Assembly (NCBI GenBank): GCA_964579045.1
Contig: CAZOHR010000001.1
Coordinates: 1 to 43,793, forward strand
DNA: 43,793 nt
Direction: 5' to 3'
Source: an uncultured Bacteroidales bacterium
GTDB lineage: Bacteria; Bacteroidota; Bacteroidia; Bacteroidales; ML635J-15
Shown here: piece by piece, positions 7,951 to 16,896 of the stretch
How the letters are laid out: each line of letters begins with the position of its first letter
How positions within the stretch are numbered: position 1 is the stretch's first letter
Notes under the pieces: generated by a model
The model's input: the letters and a program-made list of their open reading frames with translations, nothing else
The model's database searches: none
Told to the model about the DNA's origin: nothing
Program-made: the position numbers and the translations under genes

Positions 7951-10764
7951 TTATTTTTCAGTTACAACAATCTTTTTCACCTCATTAATTGTTGCAGATT
8001 CTAACTTTATAAAGTAATTACCTGCCGAAACCTTTTGGCCAGAAGTTGTTTTTAAATTCCATGATATAGTGTGTTTTCCGGAATTTAATTTGCCGTTTTC
8101 GAGAACACTAATTGTTTTACCCTGCGAATCCAAAACTGTAAGTTTGATTTTTCCAGTTTCATTTAGATAGAATTCAATATTTGTAAAGTCAAAACAAGGA
8201 TTAGGATTTATTCTCAGTAAATCGGTAGAATTGTTTTCGATAATATTCACTGTGTTTTCTTCAACGTTAATATAAAGGTCCTTGGTTTCGGTGCCATTAG
8301 GAGTAGTTAATTTAACTGTGTAGAATCCTGGAAATGTATAGGTAAACTGTGGATCTTGAGCATTGCTGTCATCAGAACCATCGTCGTCAAAATCCCAACT
8401 CCACGAAGCTGATGCTGGATATGACAAGTCGGTGAACGAAATGCTTAATGGAGCAACACCAGTAGTAATATTTGCAGAAAAATCAGTGTAAGCCGTCATA
8501 CTAGAGTTAGCAGTAAAAACTTGTTCGTCGGACCAGTCGCTCCATTTTTGGTTGTGATCGCGGTATGAAACTCGCCATGCATACTCGTTACCGTCAATAA
8601 GAGGAGCATTAACTTGTAAACGTCGTAAATCAATGCCTTCGTTTAGGTCCGTTGGAATGTAATCAGGTGCTCCACTATCGCCATATATATTAACCCAATC
8701 TTGTCTTTTTTCCAAAACTAGATTGCTATAGTCACCAGGATTATCTGTAATTTGAAATTTAACACTCATCAGACTATCAACTCCAACATATTCGGAAGCA
8801 ACTAAAAGAGGTAGTAACCCAGTTTCTCCAGAAGGAGACATTGCAACAGGCTTTTCTGGTTTAGGTTGATCTAGCTTTCTGTAATAATAGTCAATAAGAA
8901 CGTTGTCCATGCCCAAATCTGTATTTCCGAATGCGTAGGTAAACATCTCAAAACTGCGATTTTCCAAATCTATATCCACAATATTATATAGGTAATAATC
9001 AAGGGCAATCATAATCTCTTCATAGTCTTGCTGATTTGGATACATTCCCCATCTGTCGAGTGCAGAGCCAGCTCCACCTGTTAGCATTACAAAAAAATCG
9101 CCATTTGAATTTGCAACTTTAGATTCTACTGTACCTCGTTCATAGTTATGAGAATGACCATAAGCAAGAAGTTGAACTTTGTCATAATCCTGCAATACTG
9201 GAATAACATCATTTTGGATATAATCGGTATTTCCATCAGGCCAAATTTCGCTGTGACCAGGCTGGTGTGTAAAACAGAAAGACATATCAACATCTGGATT
9301 GGCATCAGCTTGCGAAAGTTTGTTTTCGAGCCAAGATGTTTGAACACTATTGGAATAAGTTCCATTTCCGTTAATAAATACAAACTGAGTATTCAAATAA
9401 TAAAAATTGTAAAACTTCTCGCTCAATGGCCAAGAGTAATCACTAACATCTTCATATTTCATATAATCGTAGAAGTTTGCCGATTCATTTTCGTGATTGC
9501 CAATGATTACCATAAACGGAAGGTTTGCTGATAAAGAGGCGTAAGGTCTGAAATATTCATTTTCATATTGACTGATTTCACTGCCACTGGAAACAATATC
9601 TCCAACATGAACAACCATGTTTATATAATCCTCAATAGGAGATCCATACATTTCGACAGCTTTGTTTTTTGCAGCAATGGCTATTTCTGTAGTTTTTGCT
9701 ATATCTGTTCTACTGTCACCAACTAGAATAAACCTTAGATGCTGATTACTTTCTACTGTTTCAGATGGAGTATTAAAGCTATAAATCTCAGATTCCTCTG
9801 ATTCACTAATACATTTATAATAGTATTTGGTGCCAGGAGTTAAGCCACTAAGTTTTGCAGTTTGCCAATTTTTACCATTAATGTCTTCATTTGACCCAGT
9901 TTGTGATAATCCAAGCGCAGTGGTTGTTCCATATTCAACAGTAGTTGATCCTGTAAGATTTGAATGCCAACTTATATAAATACTAGTAGGTGTTGGAGTT
10001 TGTAAATATGGTAAAATTCCAGTTAAAATCGGATCTATAGTATGTCCGTAACCTCCAAGCGAATTAACCTCTGTCTGATTTAAGGGATGATTAAAAATTG
10101 CTGTTAGCGCAATGTCAATAGGATTGTCTTCGCCGTCATTATCTGCAAAAAAATGAACAAGATTATCACCAGATGATGGATACAAACTGTAACTGCCGTC
10201 AACTGGTAATGGTCCGCCATTTAGAATTAAAGATCCGTCGAGATAAACACGGTAATAGTTTCCTAAATCAACCGAAACTACCATACGATACCATTCGTTT
10301 GGATTTACGACATAGGTACTGTAACCTGGACCATCGGTCGAACGACCAACTTGACCTGCTGTGTTTATAAAAAGCTCCCCATCATTTGAGTTTGAGGCAT
10401 TCGCCTGATAGAAACAATGCCAAACCGAAGTGCTAGATACTTTAAAGTCGTAAACCAAACTATATTCATTTACTTCTGTACCACCACCGTTACCGGCTAA
10501 ATCATGGTAACATGTGTAGTAACTTCCAGTTCCAATTGTAACTGCGTTATCCCCAGCTTCTGGGCCAGCAATTGCCGTAGCTGAGCCAGTAAGTACCAAG
10601 CTATTTCCTGTAGTTGCTGCGGTTAAGTCGGCACCATTATTAAATTCCCATAACCCAGCAATTCCTGGATGTTCGGCAGGGATTATCTGTGGTGCCTGTG
10701 AAAAAAGAGCTACACTTTGAATCATTAGAAAAACTAAAATCGAAATAGAATAAATGAGTTTCAT
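7951..10764 (-). CDS. T9SS-secreted multidomain metallophosphoesterase (LamG-like, purple-acid-phosphatase-like Fn3, metallophos, PKD, type-A sorting domain)
   Basis: 937 aa with a signal peptide. Phosphoesterase motifs LVGDSRTD, VHVGDIVSSG, IIGNHE, FCFTHQP and YGHSHNYERG. PKD unit ISFTDLS...WSWDFDDDGSDD...FTYTFPGFYTVKLT. C-terminal LRINPNPCFDFTNIEFYL...GNYFIKLES...KKIVV is a type-A T9SS CTD. Confidence 0.8.
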   Translation of the reverse strand: MKLIYSISILVFLMIQSVALFSQAPQIIPAEHPGIAGLWEFNNGADLTAATTGNSLVLTGSATAIAGPEAGDNAVTIGTGSYYTCYHDLAGNGGGTEVNEYSLVYDFKVSSTSVWHCFYQANASNSNDGELFINTAGQVGRSTDGPGYSTYVVNPNEWYRMVVSVDLGNYYRVYLDGSLILNGGPLPVDGSYSLYPSSGDNLVHFFADNDGEDNPIDIALTAIFNHPLNQTEVNSLGGYGHTIDPILTGILPYLQTPTPTSIYISWHSNLTGSTTVEYGTTTALGLSQTGSNEDINGKNWQTAKLSGLTPGTKYYYKCISESEESEIYSFNTPSETVESNQHLRFILVGDSRTDIAKTTEIAIAAKNKAVEMYGSPIEDYINMVVHVGDIVSSGSEISQYENEYFRPYASLSANLPFMVIIGNHENESANFYDYMKYEDVSDYSWPLSEKFYNFYYLNTQFVFINGNGTYSNSVQTSWLENKLSQADANPDVDMSFCFTHQPGHSEIWPDGNTDYIQNDVIPVLQDYDKVQLLAYGHSHNYERGTVESKVANSNGDFFVMLTGGAGSALDRWGMYPNQQDYEEIMIALDYYLYNIVDIDLENRSFEMFTYAFGNTDLGMDNVLIDYYYRKLDQPKPEKPVAMSPSGETGLLPLLVASEYVGVDSLMSVKFQITDNPGDYSNLVLEKRQDWVNIYGDSGAPDYIPTDLNEGIDLRRLQVNAPLIDGNEYAWRVSYRDHNQKWSDWSDEQVFTANSSMTAYTDFSANITTGVAPLSISFTDLSYPASASWSWDFDDDGSDDSNAQDPQFTYTFPGFYTVKLTTPNGTETKDLYINVEENTVNIIENNSTDLLRINPNPCFDFTNIEFYLNETGKIKLTVLDSQGKTISVLENGKLNSGKHTISWNLKTTSGQKVSAGNYFIKLESATINEVKKIVVTEK

Positions 10765-10788
10765 ATTAGTTGGATTGAAAATTTGTGA

Positions 10789-10796
10789 TAAAGATA
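10789..10796 (-). promoter_or_regulatory. near-consensus -7 box (TATCTTTA) for the 937-aa phosphoesterase gene
   Basis: Matches 7 of 8 consensus positions on the minus strand, 25 nt upstream of the ATG at 10764. Confidence 0.25.
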
Positions 10797-10805
10797 GAAT
10801 TTTTT

Positions 10806-10826
10806 TTAATGTTAAGTTAATGTTAA
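10806..10826. promoter_or_regulatory. tandem direct repeat TTAATGTTAA-g-TTAATGTTAA (11-bp phasing) in a divergent promoter region
   Basis: Two perfect 10-mers at 10806-10815 and 10817-10826. They sit 10-30 bp upstream of the putative -7 box of the phosphoesterase gene. Confidence 0.4.
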
Positions 10827-10895
10827 CTGAATTTTTAATTTTTACAGGATTTACTTACAAAAAATCTTTGTTTTTTCCGTTTAAACAATTTTATT

Positions 10896-10903
10896 TACTT
10901 TTG
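10896..10903 (+). promoter_or_regulatory. putative -7 box (TACTTTTG) for the ECF sigma / anti-sigma operon
   Basis: Exact TAnnTTTG match 28 nt upstream of the ATG at 10931. Confidence 0.35.
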
Positions 10904-10930
10904 GCTGTTGATTAATACTAAATATCACAG

Positions 10931-11512
10931 ATGTTTTTTAAACGCAATAACTTTTCATTAATGACTGATGATGAGCTGATAAAGCACTATAAGCTTCATC
11001 AGGATAAGGAATGCGTTGGGGAACTTTACAAACGCTATACTGGCCTAACTTACTCTATTTGTGTAAAATACCATAAAGATTCTGAAAAGGCTCGCGAAGC
11101 AGTTTTGATGATTTTTGAAGAACTGATTGACAAATTACTCGTACACGAAATACAAAATTTTAAGTCGTGGCTTCACACTGTTGCAAGGAATCATTGTTTA
11201 TTAAGTTTCCGTTCCAAAAAATATGAAGAGCAGTTTATTGATAATTATCAAAAATATCAAAACGATTTTATGGAACAGGATAAAGTTTTGTATCCTGAGT
11301 ACATTGTAAAAGAAGAAAATTACAAAGAGCTTGAAAAATGTATTAATCAATTAAAACAAGAACAACGAAACTGTATCGAATTATTTTATTTGCAAGACAA
11401 GTCTTATGTTGAAACAGCACAAATTACTGGCTATACAATGAAAGAGGTAAAGACTTATCTGCAAAATGGTAAACGGAATTTAAAAATACTTATGAGCGGA
11501 AAAAATGAGTAA
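10931..11512 (+). CDS. RNA polymerase ECF-type sigma-70 factor
   Basis: 193 aa. Region 2 (FKSWLHTVARNHCLLSFR). Region 4 HTH (QRNCIELFYLQDKSYVETAQITGYTMKEVKTYLQNGKRNLK). Overlaps the next gene by 8 nt (ATGAGTAA). An alternative start at MTDDELI (10961) is possible. Confidence 0.85.
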   Translation: MFFKRNNFSLMTDDELIKHYKLHQDKECVGELYKRYTGLTYSICVKYHKDSEKAREAVLMIFEELIDKLLVHEIQNFKSWLHTVARNHCLLSFRSKKYEEQFIDNYQKYQNDFMEQDKVLYPEYIVKEENYKELEKCINQLKQEQRNCIELFYLQDKSYVETAQITGYTMKEVKTYLQNGKRNLKILMSGKNE

Positions 11513-12857
11513 AAAATTAAACATATCAGATTGCTCAGAATGCTTTTCGGAAGAGGTATTGGTAAAATATATCAACGACGAACTAAGCATTGAAGAATCG
11601 GCAGCTGTTGAGAAGCATATTTTGTCCTGCGAGATATGCTCCGATGCTATTGATGGACTTTTGATGCTTGAATCAACAGAAGTATTTATTAACACAAAAG
11701 ATGGAATTAACACTGAAATTGATAATTTAATCAGAGTATCACATAAGAAGAGAGCATTGAATATTAATTCAATTCGTGCGATTGCCGCTGTTGCTCTGAT
11801 TTTGGTGTTGTCGGGAACCTATTTTTTAATTGACAATTTACTTTCTGATGATACCGTTGAGCAAATTAATCTTGCCGACAATTCCAATAGTGACAGTGCT
11901 GAGATATCACCAGAAAAACCGGCTCAAGAAAATGAAATTGCCGATATGAAGATAGGTGATCAACAAAATCAGAAAGAGATATATTTTATACCGCCTATTT
12001 TTAATCCAGATTCCGATTTCGAAGTATACGAAGAAGAATCTCAACCATCTGATGTTGATGTCCTAAAAGTGGAAGAAAAAAGCGGAGATGAATTGGAGTC
12101 TACTAGAAACATAGAAGGAATTTTTGCGTGGGGCAATGCCACTCCAACAACTGCGTCAGGAGGCTCTGCAGATGATAGAAGTTCAAATTCTGCAATTGTG
12201 GTTGAAAACAAGAATGAAGTAGGAACTGGTGGTAGTATTGAAACGATTAGCTCTTCGAAAGTTAATGCAGTAAGTGAAGATTTTGAACAATCAAGTGCTG
12301 GACTATTTTCAGGTAAAGAGAAAGCAGATAAAAAACTTGCCGAACGAGAAGAGGCTAGAAATAAAAGAGACGAATTCTCAAAAGCAAACAAGGAGAGTGA
12401 TGCTCCTGGAGTAGCTGTAAAACATGAAGGAGGTGAGATAGATGGTATAACTCAAGTAGTTAGTTATTCCGATGCAACTGTAGAAGCATTAACGATTGTG
12501 GATGATAATATGGAGGTTGATGAAGACGAAGTTGAGGAATGTGTGAGTTTTGCAGTTGTGGAGCAAAAACCGACTTTTCCTGGAGGAGATACAGCATTAT
12601 TGTCTTTTATCTCACGCAATATTGTTTACCCGGACGAAGCAAAAGATTCAAATATTGAAGGGAAGGTTTATGTCCAATTTGTAATTGACAAAAACGGTGA
12701 TGTTAAAAACGTTAGTATTGTCAAAGGAGTATGCAATTCTTTAGACTCGGAAGCTTTGAGAGTAATAAAGATGTTGCCACGCTGGACACCCGGAAAACAA
12801 CGCGGGAAAGCAGTAGAAGTATCTTATCTTATTCCTATTAACTTTAAAATGGACTAA
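11505..12857 (+). CDS. membrane-spanning zf-HC2 anti-sigma factor fused to a TonB C-terminal domain
   Basis: 450 aa. N-terminal putative zinc-finger anti-sigma motif (C-x2-C ... H-x3-C-x2-C: CSECFSEE...EKHILSCEICSDA). One TM segment (IRAIAAVALILVLSGTYFLI). An acidic/Ser-rich linker of about 220 aa. C-terminal TonB_C (PTFPGGDTALLSFISRNIVYPDEAKDSNIEGKVYVQFVIDKNGDVKNVSIVKG...ALRVIKMLPRWTPGKQRGKAVEVSYLIPINF, nt ~12569-12854). Confidence 0.8.
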   Translation: MSKKLNISDCSECFSEEVLVKYINDELSIEESAAVEKHILSCEICSDAIDGLLMLESTEVFINTKDGINTEIDNLIRVSHKKRALNINSIRAIAAVALILVLSGTYFLIDNLLSDDTVEQINLADNSNSDSAEISPEKPAQENEIADMKIGDQQNQKEIYFIPPIFNPDSDFEVYEEESQPSDVDVLKVEEKSGDELESTRNIEGIFAWGNATPTTASGGSADDRSSNSAIVVENKNEVGTGGSIETISSSKVNAVSEDFEQSSAGLFSGKEKADKKLAEREEARNKRDEFSKANKESDAPGVAVKHEGGEIDGITQVVSYSDATVEALTIVDDNMEVDEDEVEECVSFAVVEQKPTFPGGDTALLSFISRNIVYPDEAKDSNIEGKVYVQFVIDKNGDVKNVSIVKGVCNSLDSEALRVIKMLPRWTPGKQRGKAVEVSYLIPINFKMD

Positions 12858-12900
12858 TTGAATATTTACAATTTTTCTTTTGTAAGTTGAACACTTAGCT

Positions 12901-12908
12901 TACTTTTG
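12901..12908 (+). promoter_or_regulatory. putative -7 box (TACTTTTG) for the CoA-binding protein gene
   Basis: Exact TAnnTTTG match 32 nt upstream of the ATG at 12941. Confidence 0.35.
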
Positions 12909-12940
12909 TTGTTATAAATTACAATTAAATTAAAGGAGAT

Positions 12941-13297
12941 ATGCTAAATGTTGTTTTAGGAGCAAGCCCAAATCCAAGAAGATACTCATATAAGGCAATT
13001 GAAGTCCTTGTGGAAAATAAGTATAAAGTTATTGCTGTAGGTGTTAGGTCTGGCACTGTTTCGGGAATAGAAATTCAGGAAGAATTTCCGTTGCAGATAC
13101 CAATTGACACCATTGCCATGTATCTCTCAATAGAAAATCAGGAAAAATATTATGATTTAGTTCTAAATAATTTACCGAGAAGAATCATTTTTAATCCGGG
13201 AACATACAACCCAGAATTTCAAAAAATGCTTGTTAGCAAAGGGGTTGATGTTGTAAACGATTGCGTTCTAGTTATGGTAGGCAGGGGTATCTTTTAA
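12941..13297 (+). CDS. small CoA-binding domain protein (YccU-like)
   Basis: 118 aa. VLGASPNPRRYSYKAIEVL...KVIAVG...FNPG is the Rossmann-like CoA-binding pattern. Confidence 0.65.
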   Translation: MLNVVLGASPNPRRYSYKAIEVLVENKYKVIAVGVRSGTVSGIEIQEEFPLQIPIDTIAMYLSIENQEKYYDLVLNNLPRRIIFNPGTYNPEFQKMLVSKGVDVVNDCVLVMVGRGIF

Positions 13298-13346
13298 ATG
13301 AGGGAAACAAAAATTCATAAAACAAATATTTGTAATAATATTTTTT

Positions 13347-13354
13347 TATTTTTG
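13347..13354 (+). promoter_or_regulatory. putative -7 box (TATTTTTG) for the Wzz-Wzz-ligase operon
   Basis: Exact TAnnTTTG match 21 nt upstream of the ATG at 13376. Confidence 0.35.
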
Positions 13355-13375
13355 TGGGCTATAAAAAAAAATTAG

Positions 13376-14404
13376 ATGTCGGATTCGAGTCAGGAAAATA
13401 TTTTTAATCTGTCTAACTTGTTAGGATTTATTTCAAAGAATAAAATCGCCCTGATTATAATATGTATTGTTGCTTTTATCGTTTCTGTAATTGTTACAAT
13501 GTCGATTCCTCCCAAGTTTAAATCGACAGTAATTCTATTTCCAACATCATCAGGATCCATCTCGCAGGCATTGATTACAGAAAGTCAGCAGAAGAAGGAG
13601 ATTTTAAATTTTGGAGAAGAAGAAGATGTTGAGCAATTGATGCAGATTTTACTTTCATCAGAAATCAGAAATCGAGTAATCGAAAAGTATGATTTGTTTA
13701 AGCACTATAATATTGATAGAGATTCCAAATACGCCAACAGCCAACTTTATAGAAAGTATGAAGCAAATGTAGATATTTCGCGTACAGAATATATGTCGAT
13801 CCGAATAGATGTGTTGGACGAAGATCCAGAAATCGCAGCACTTATTGCCAATGATATTGCAGCGCTGGTTGATAGCATGTATTCTAAAATCCAGAAAGAA
13901 CGTGCAACAAAAGCTTTTAATATTGTTGAGAGAGAATTTATCTCACAAAAGGAAAAGATTAAAAATATTGAAGATTCTCTCGATGCCTTAGGAAAACTTG
14001 GAGTGATTGATGTTAAATCGCAAACAGAAATGTATAGCGAACAGCATGCAATTGCAATTGCTTCAGGTAATGAAAGAGCAAAGCTAGAAATAGAAAAAAA
14101 GCTAGATATTCTTGCAACATACGGAAGTTCTCATTCAATTTTAAAAGAGCAGATGTTTGAAGAAGTAAAACAGCTTGCTGTTATTGAAGCGAAATATCGA
14201 GAAGCAAAAATTGATCTTGAACAGGATTTGCCAAATACATACATTGTTAGTCCTGGAGAGGTGGCAGACAGAAAAACCTATCCAATATATTGGCTCACAA
14301 CAAGCATTAGTGTAATTTCGACGCTATTGTTTTCAATTGTACTGCTTGTCTTATTTGATAAGTACTTAAAAAAAAAAGTCTGGCCTTTGTCGAAGAAGAC
14401 CTGA
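13376..14404 (+). CDS. Wzz-like polysaccharide co-polymerase (chain-length determinant family, no kinase domain), paralog 1
   Basis: 342 aa. N-terminal TM followed by PPKFKSTVILFP. A long coiled-coil-like middle region. C-terminal TM (YWLTTSISVISTLLFSIVLLVLF). This is the bitopic PCP topology. Confidence 0.65.
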   Translation: MSDSSQENIFNLSNLLGFISKNKIALIIICIVAFIVSVIVTMSIPPKFKSTVILFPTSSGSISQALITESQQKKEILNFGEEEDVEQLMQILLSSEIRNRVIEKYDLFKHYNIDRDSKYANSQLYRKYEANVDISRTEYMSIRIDVLDEDPEIAALIANDIAALVDSMYSKIQKERATKAFNIVEREFISQKEKIKNIEDSLDALGKLGVIDVKSQTEMYSEQHAIAIASGNERAKLEIEKKLDILATYGSSHSILKEQMFEEVKQLAVIEAKYREAKIDLEQDLPNTYIVSPGEVADRKTYPIYWLTTSISVISTLLFSIVLLVLFDKYLKKKVWPLSKKT

Positions 14405-14445
14405 GAGAATTGGTAAATAAATTTGAAATACCTAAATACGAAGTT

Positions 14446-15372
14446 ATGGAAAATTATTTTAAAACAAAGAGTATATTTGTACTGATAATGAAGTGGAAAT
14501 GGCATCTTCTAGTTCTAGCTGTTGTCGCTGGTGGTCTTGGAGCACTGTTCTCGTCTTCATGGTTTATTAAACCTAAGTTCAAATCTACTGCAGTAGTTTA
14601 TCCAGCTAATATTGCTCCTTTATCAGAAGAGTCTGAAAGTGAGCAGATGCTCGAGTTGCTTCAGTCGGATGATATTAAATTTGAAGTTATTGACGCTTTT
14701 GATTTATATGAACATTATGGAGTTGACCCAGATGGAAGTAACCATGTATCTAAAATAATTAAGACCTATGATGGTAATGTTAACATTACAAAAACACCAA
14801 ACGAAGCAATAGTTATAACTGCTTTTGATATAGATCCTCAAATGGCTTCTGACATTATTGATTCAATTATTGCATACTATAATTTAAAGGTGCTAGATTT
14901 AAACATTTCTAAATCAAAGGAGATTGTCACCATTTATAAGAGAGAATACAATAAAAAAATAAAAGAAGTAGATAGTCTTGCAAACATTTTAAAGACTTTC
15001 AGAACCCAATATGGCATGCTAGATTTAACGGCTCAGGTTGAAAAATACACAGAAGCCATCTCTAATGGAAGAACTCTAGACGAAGCTCACGAGGTACTTG
15101 GCAATTGGGAAGAATACGGTGCAGAATACAGTAAGAACGACTCATTGTTCTATTACGCCCTATCTGATATGCATACAGCTAAAACAATTTACGAAGGTTC
15201 TCTAAGAGATTCGGAAAAGATGCAAACATATGCTCATGTGGTTTCAAAACCTTATCCTGCTGATAAAAAATCATTTCCTGTTCGTTGGGTTATTGTTCTA
15301 TTCTCTGTTTTAGGAGGATTCTTGGCTGGAACAATTATAATTTCAATAATTGAGGGTATCAAAAAACAATAA
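14446..15372 (+). CDS. Wzz-like polysaccharide co-polymerase, paralog 2
   Basis: The ORF-track start at 14410 is a TTG. The first ATG gives MENYFKTKS (14446), and ATG 14488 is an alternative. Architecture matches paralog 1 (TM, KPKFKSTAVVYPAN, C-terminal TM VRWVIVLFSVLGGFLAGTIIISI). Its stop directly abuts the next start (TAAATG). Confidence 0.6.
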   Translation: MENYFKTKSIFVLIMKWKWHLLVLAVVAGGLGALFSSSWFIKPKFKSTAVVYPANIAPLSEESESEQMLELLQSDDIKFEVIDAFDLYEHYGVDPDGSNHVSKIIKTYDGNVNITKTPNEAIVITAFDIDPQMASDIIDSIIAYYNLKVLDLNISKSKEIVTIYKREYNKKIKEVDSLANILKTFRTQYGMLDLTAQVEKYTEAISNGRTLDEAHEVLGNWEEYGAEYSKNDSLFYYALSDMHTAKTIYEGSLRDSEKMQTYAHVVSKPYPADKKSFPVRWVIVLFSVLGGFLAGTIIISIIEGIKKQ

Positions 15373-16842
15373 ATGGAAATTACCGAAGCTAAATATAAAC
15401 TAATAGCTTTCTATGCACTTGCTTTTCTCTTTATTGTCACCAATTCATATGTGATTATAAAAGAAGAGAGTTTTTTGTTTAACCTTATTCCTTTAGCGAT
15501 TATTGTTTTTTTTGCTTTGTTCTTCGCATTGGACAAAATGCTTCTATTCTCCGTTTTCCTTGTTCCGTTTTCCGTTCCATTAAGAATATTCTTTCCGAAT
15601 CTGGATTTTAATATTGATTTACCAACAGAGCCAATCTTCGTCGCAATTCTGATAATTTTTCTTTTAAAACAACTCAGAGATCGTGATTTTGACAAAGCAG
15701 TAGCTCGCCATCCTATATCAATTTCAATATACATTTATCTTGCATGGAAGCTTGTTACCGTTTTTACTAGTACAATGCCACTTGTGTCAGTTAAGTATTT
15801 TTTTGCTTCTCTTTGGTTTATCATTCCCTTCTTCTTCCTAATGTCGCAGGTTTTTAGGAAAGAAAAAAACATAATTCGATTTTACTGGATGTACATTATT
15901 CCGTTCTGTGGGGTTATTACATATACATTGATTAAACATGCTGCTCGAGGTTTTAGTCAAAACTCTGCAAATTATGTAATGAATCCCTTTTATAATGACC
16001 ATACTTCATATGGTGCTCTTCTCGCAATGTTTATTCCTGTAATTGTCGGATTTTTGTTCAATAAAGAATTAAAAACTAAATTAAGAGTTATTGCTGGTAT
16101 TGTGTTGTCATATTTTCTTGTAGCAATTGTTATGTCTTATACCAGAGCAGCATGGGTCAGTCTCATCGGTGCTTTAGGCGTTTATATGATTCTCCGATTT
16201 AAAATTAATTTTAAGGTTGTGATTGCTGGGATTGTGATTGTCGTAGGCTTATTCTTGGTGTTTCAAGATCAAATTTTTTTCTCTCTAGAACGAAATAAAC
16301 AGGATTCATCTACCGACTTTAAAGAACACCTGCAGTCAATTAGCAATGTTGCTACTGATGCATCAAATATGGAACGATTAAATAGATGGAATTGCGCAGT
16401 GAGAATGTTCAAAGAAAAACCAGTTTTTGGTTGGGGGCCGGGGACTTATCAGTTTAAGTACGCTCCATTTCAGTTTTCATACGAGAAAACAATTATCAGC
16501 ACTAATGCAGGAGATATGGGGAACGCTCACAGTGAATATTTAGGTTCTCTTTCCGAGTCTGGATTGTTTGGGATGCTCTCGTTTATTGCAATGTCATTGA
16601 TTATCTTTATTACTGCAGCAAAGAACTATGTAAGGGCGAATTCATATTCGCTTAAGATTATTACAGCTTCAACAATTGCTGGTCTTACAACATATTTATT
16701 GCATGGATTTTTAAATAACTTTCTTGATATAGATAAAGCAGCTGTTCCATTTTGGGGTTTTGCTGCAATTATTGTAGCTGTTGATGTTTATCTTATTAAG
16801 AATAATAAAGAGAAAGAAATCGAAGTAGATAAAATAGATTAA
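15373..16842 (+). CDS. O-antigen ligase / polymerase family (Wzy_C-type) integral membrane protein
   Basis: 489 aa with about 10-12 TM segments. Contains SYTRAAWVSLIGALGVY and a periplasmic loop with GNAHSEYLGSLSESGLFGML (H-x3-L-x5-E-x-G-x2-G signature of the WaaL/Wzy_C family). Confidence 0.75.
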   Translation: MEITEAKYKLIAFYALAFLFIVTNSYVIIKEESFLFNLIPLAIIVFFALFFALDKMLLFSVFLVPFSVPLRIFFPNLDFNIDLPTEPIFVAILIIFLLKQLRDRDFDKAVARHPISISIYIYLAWKLVTVFTSTMPLVSVKYFFASLWFIIPFFFLMSQVFRKEKNIIRFYWMYIIPFCGVITYTLIKHAARGFSQNSANYVMNPFYNDHTSYGALLAMFIPVIVGFLFNKELKTKLRVIAGIVLSYFLVAIVMSYTRAAWVSLIGALGVYMILRFKINFKVVIAGIVIVVGLFLVFQDQIFFSLERNKQDSSTDFKEHLQSISNVATDASNMERLNRWNCAVRMFKEKPVFGWGPGTYQFKYAPFQFSYEKTIISTNAGDMGNAHSEYLGSLSESGLFGMLSFIAMSLIIFITAAKNYVRANSYSLKIITASTIAGLTTYLLHGFLNNFLDIDKAAVPFWGFAAIIVAVDVYLIKNNKEKEIEVDKID

Positions 16843-16896
16843 AATCAAGTTCCGGAGATATTTAATATTTATTCCATAAAACAAATTTAAAAAGCT

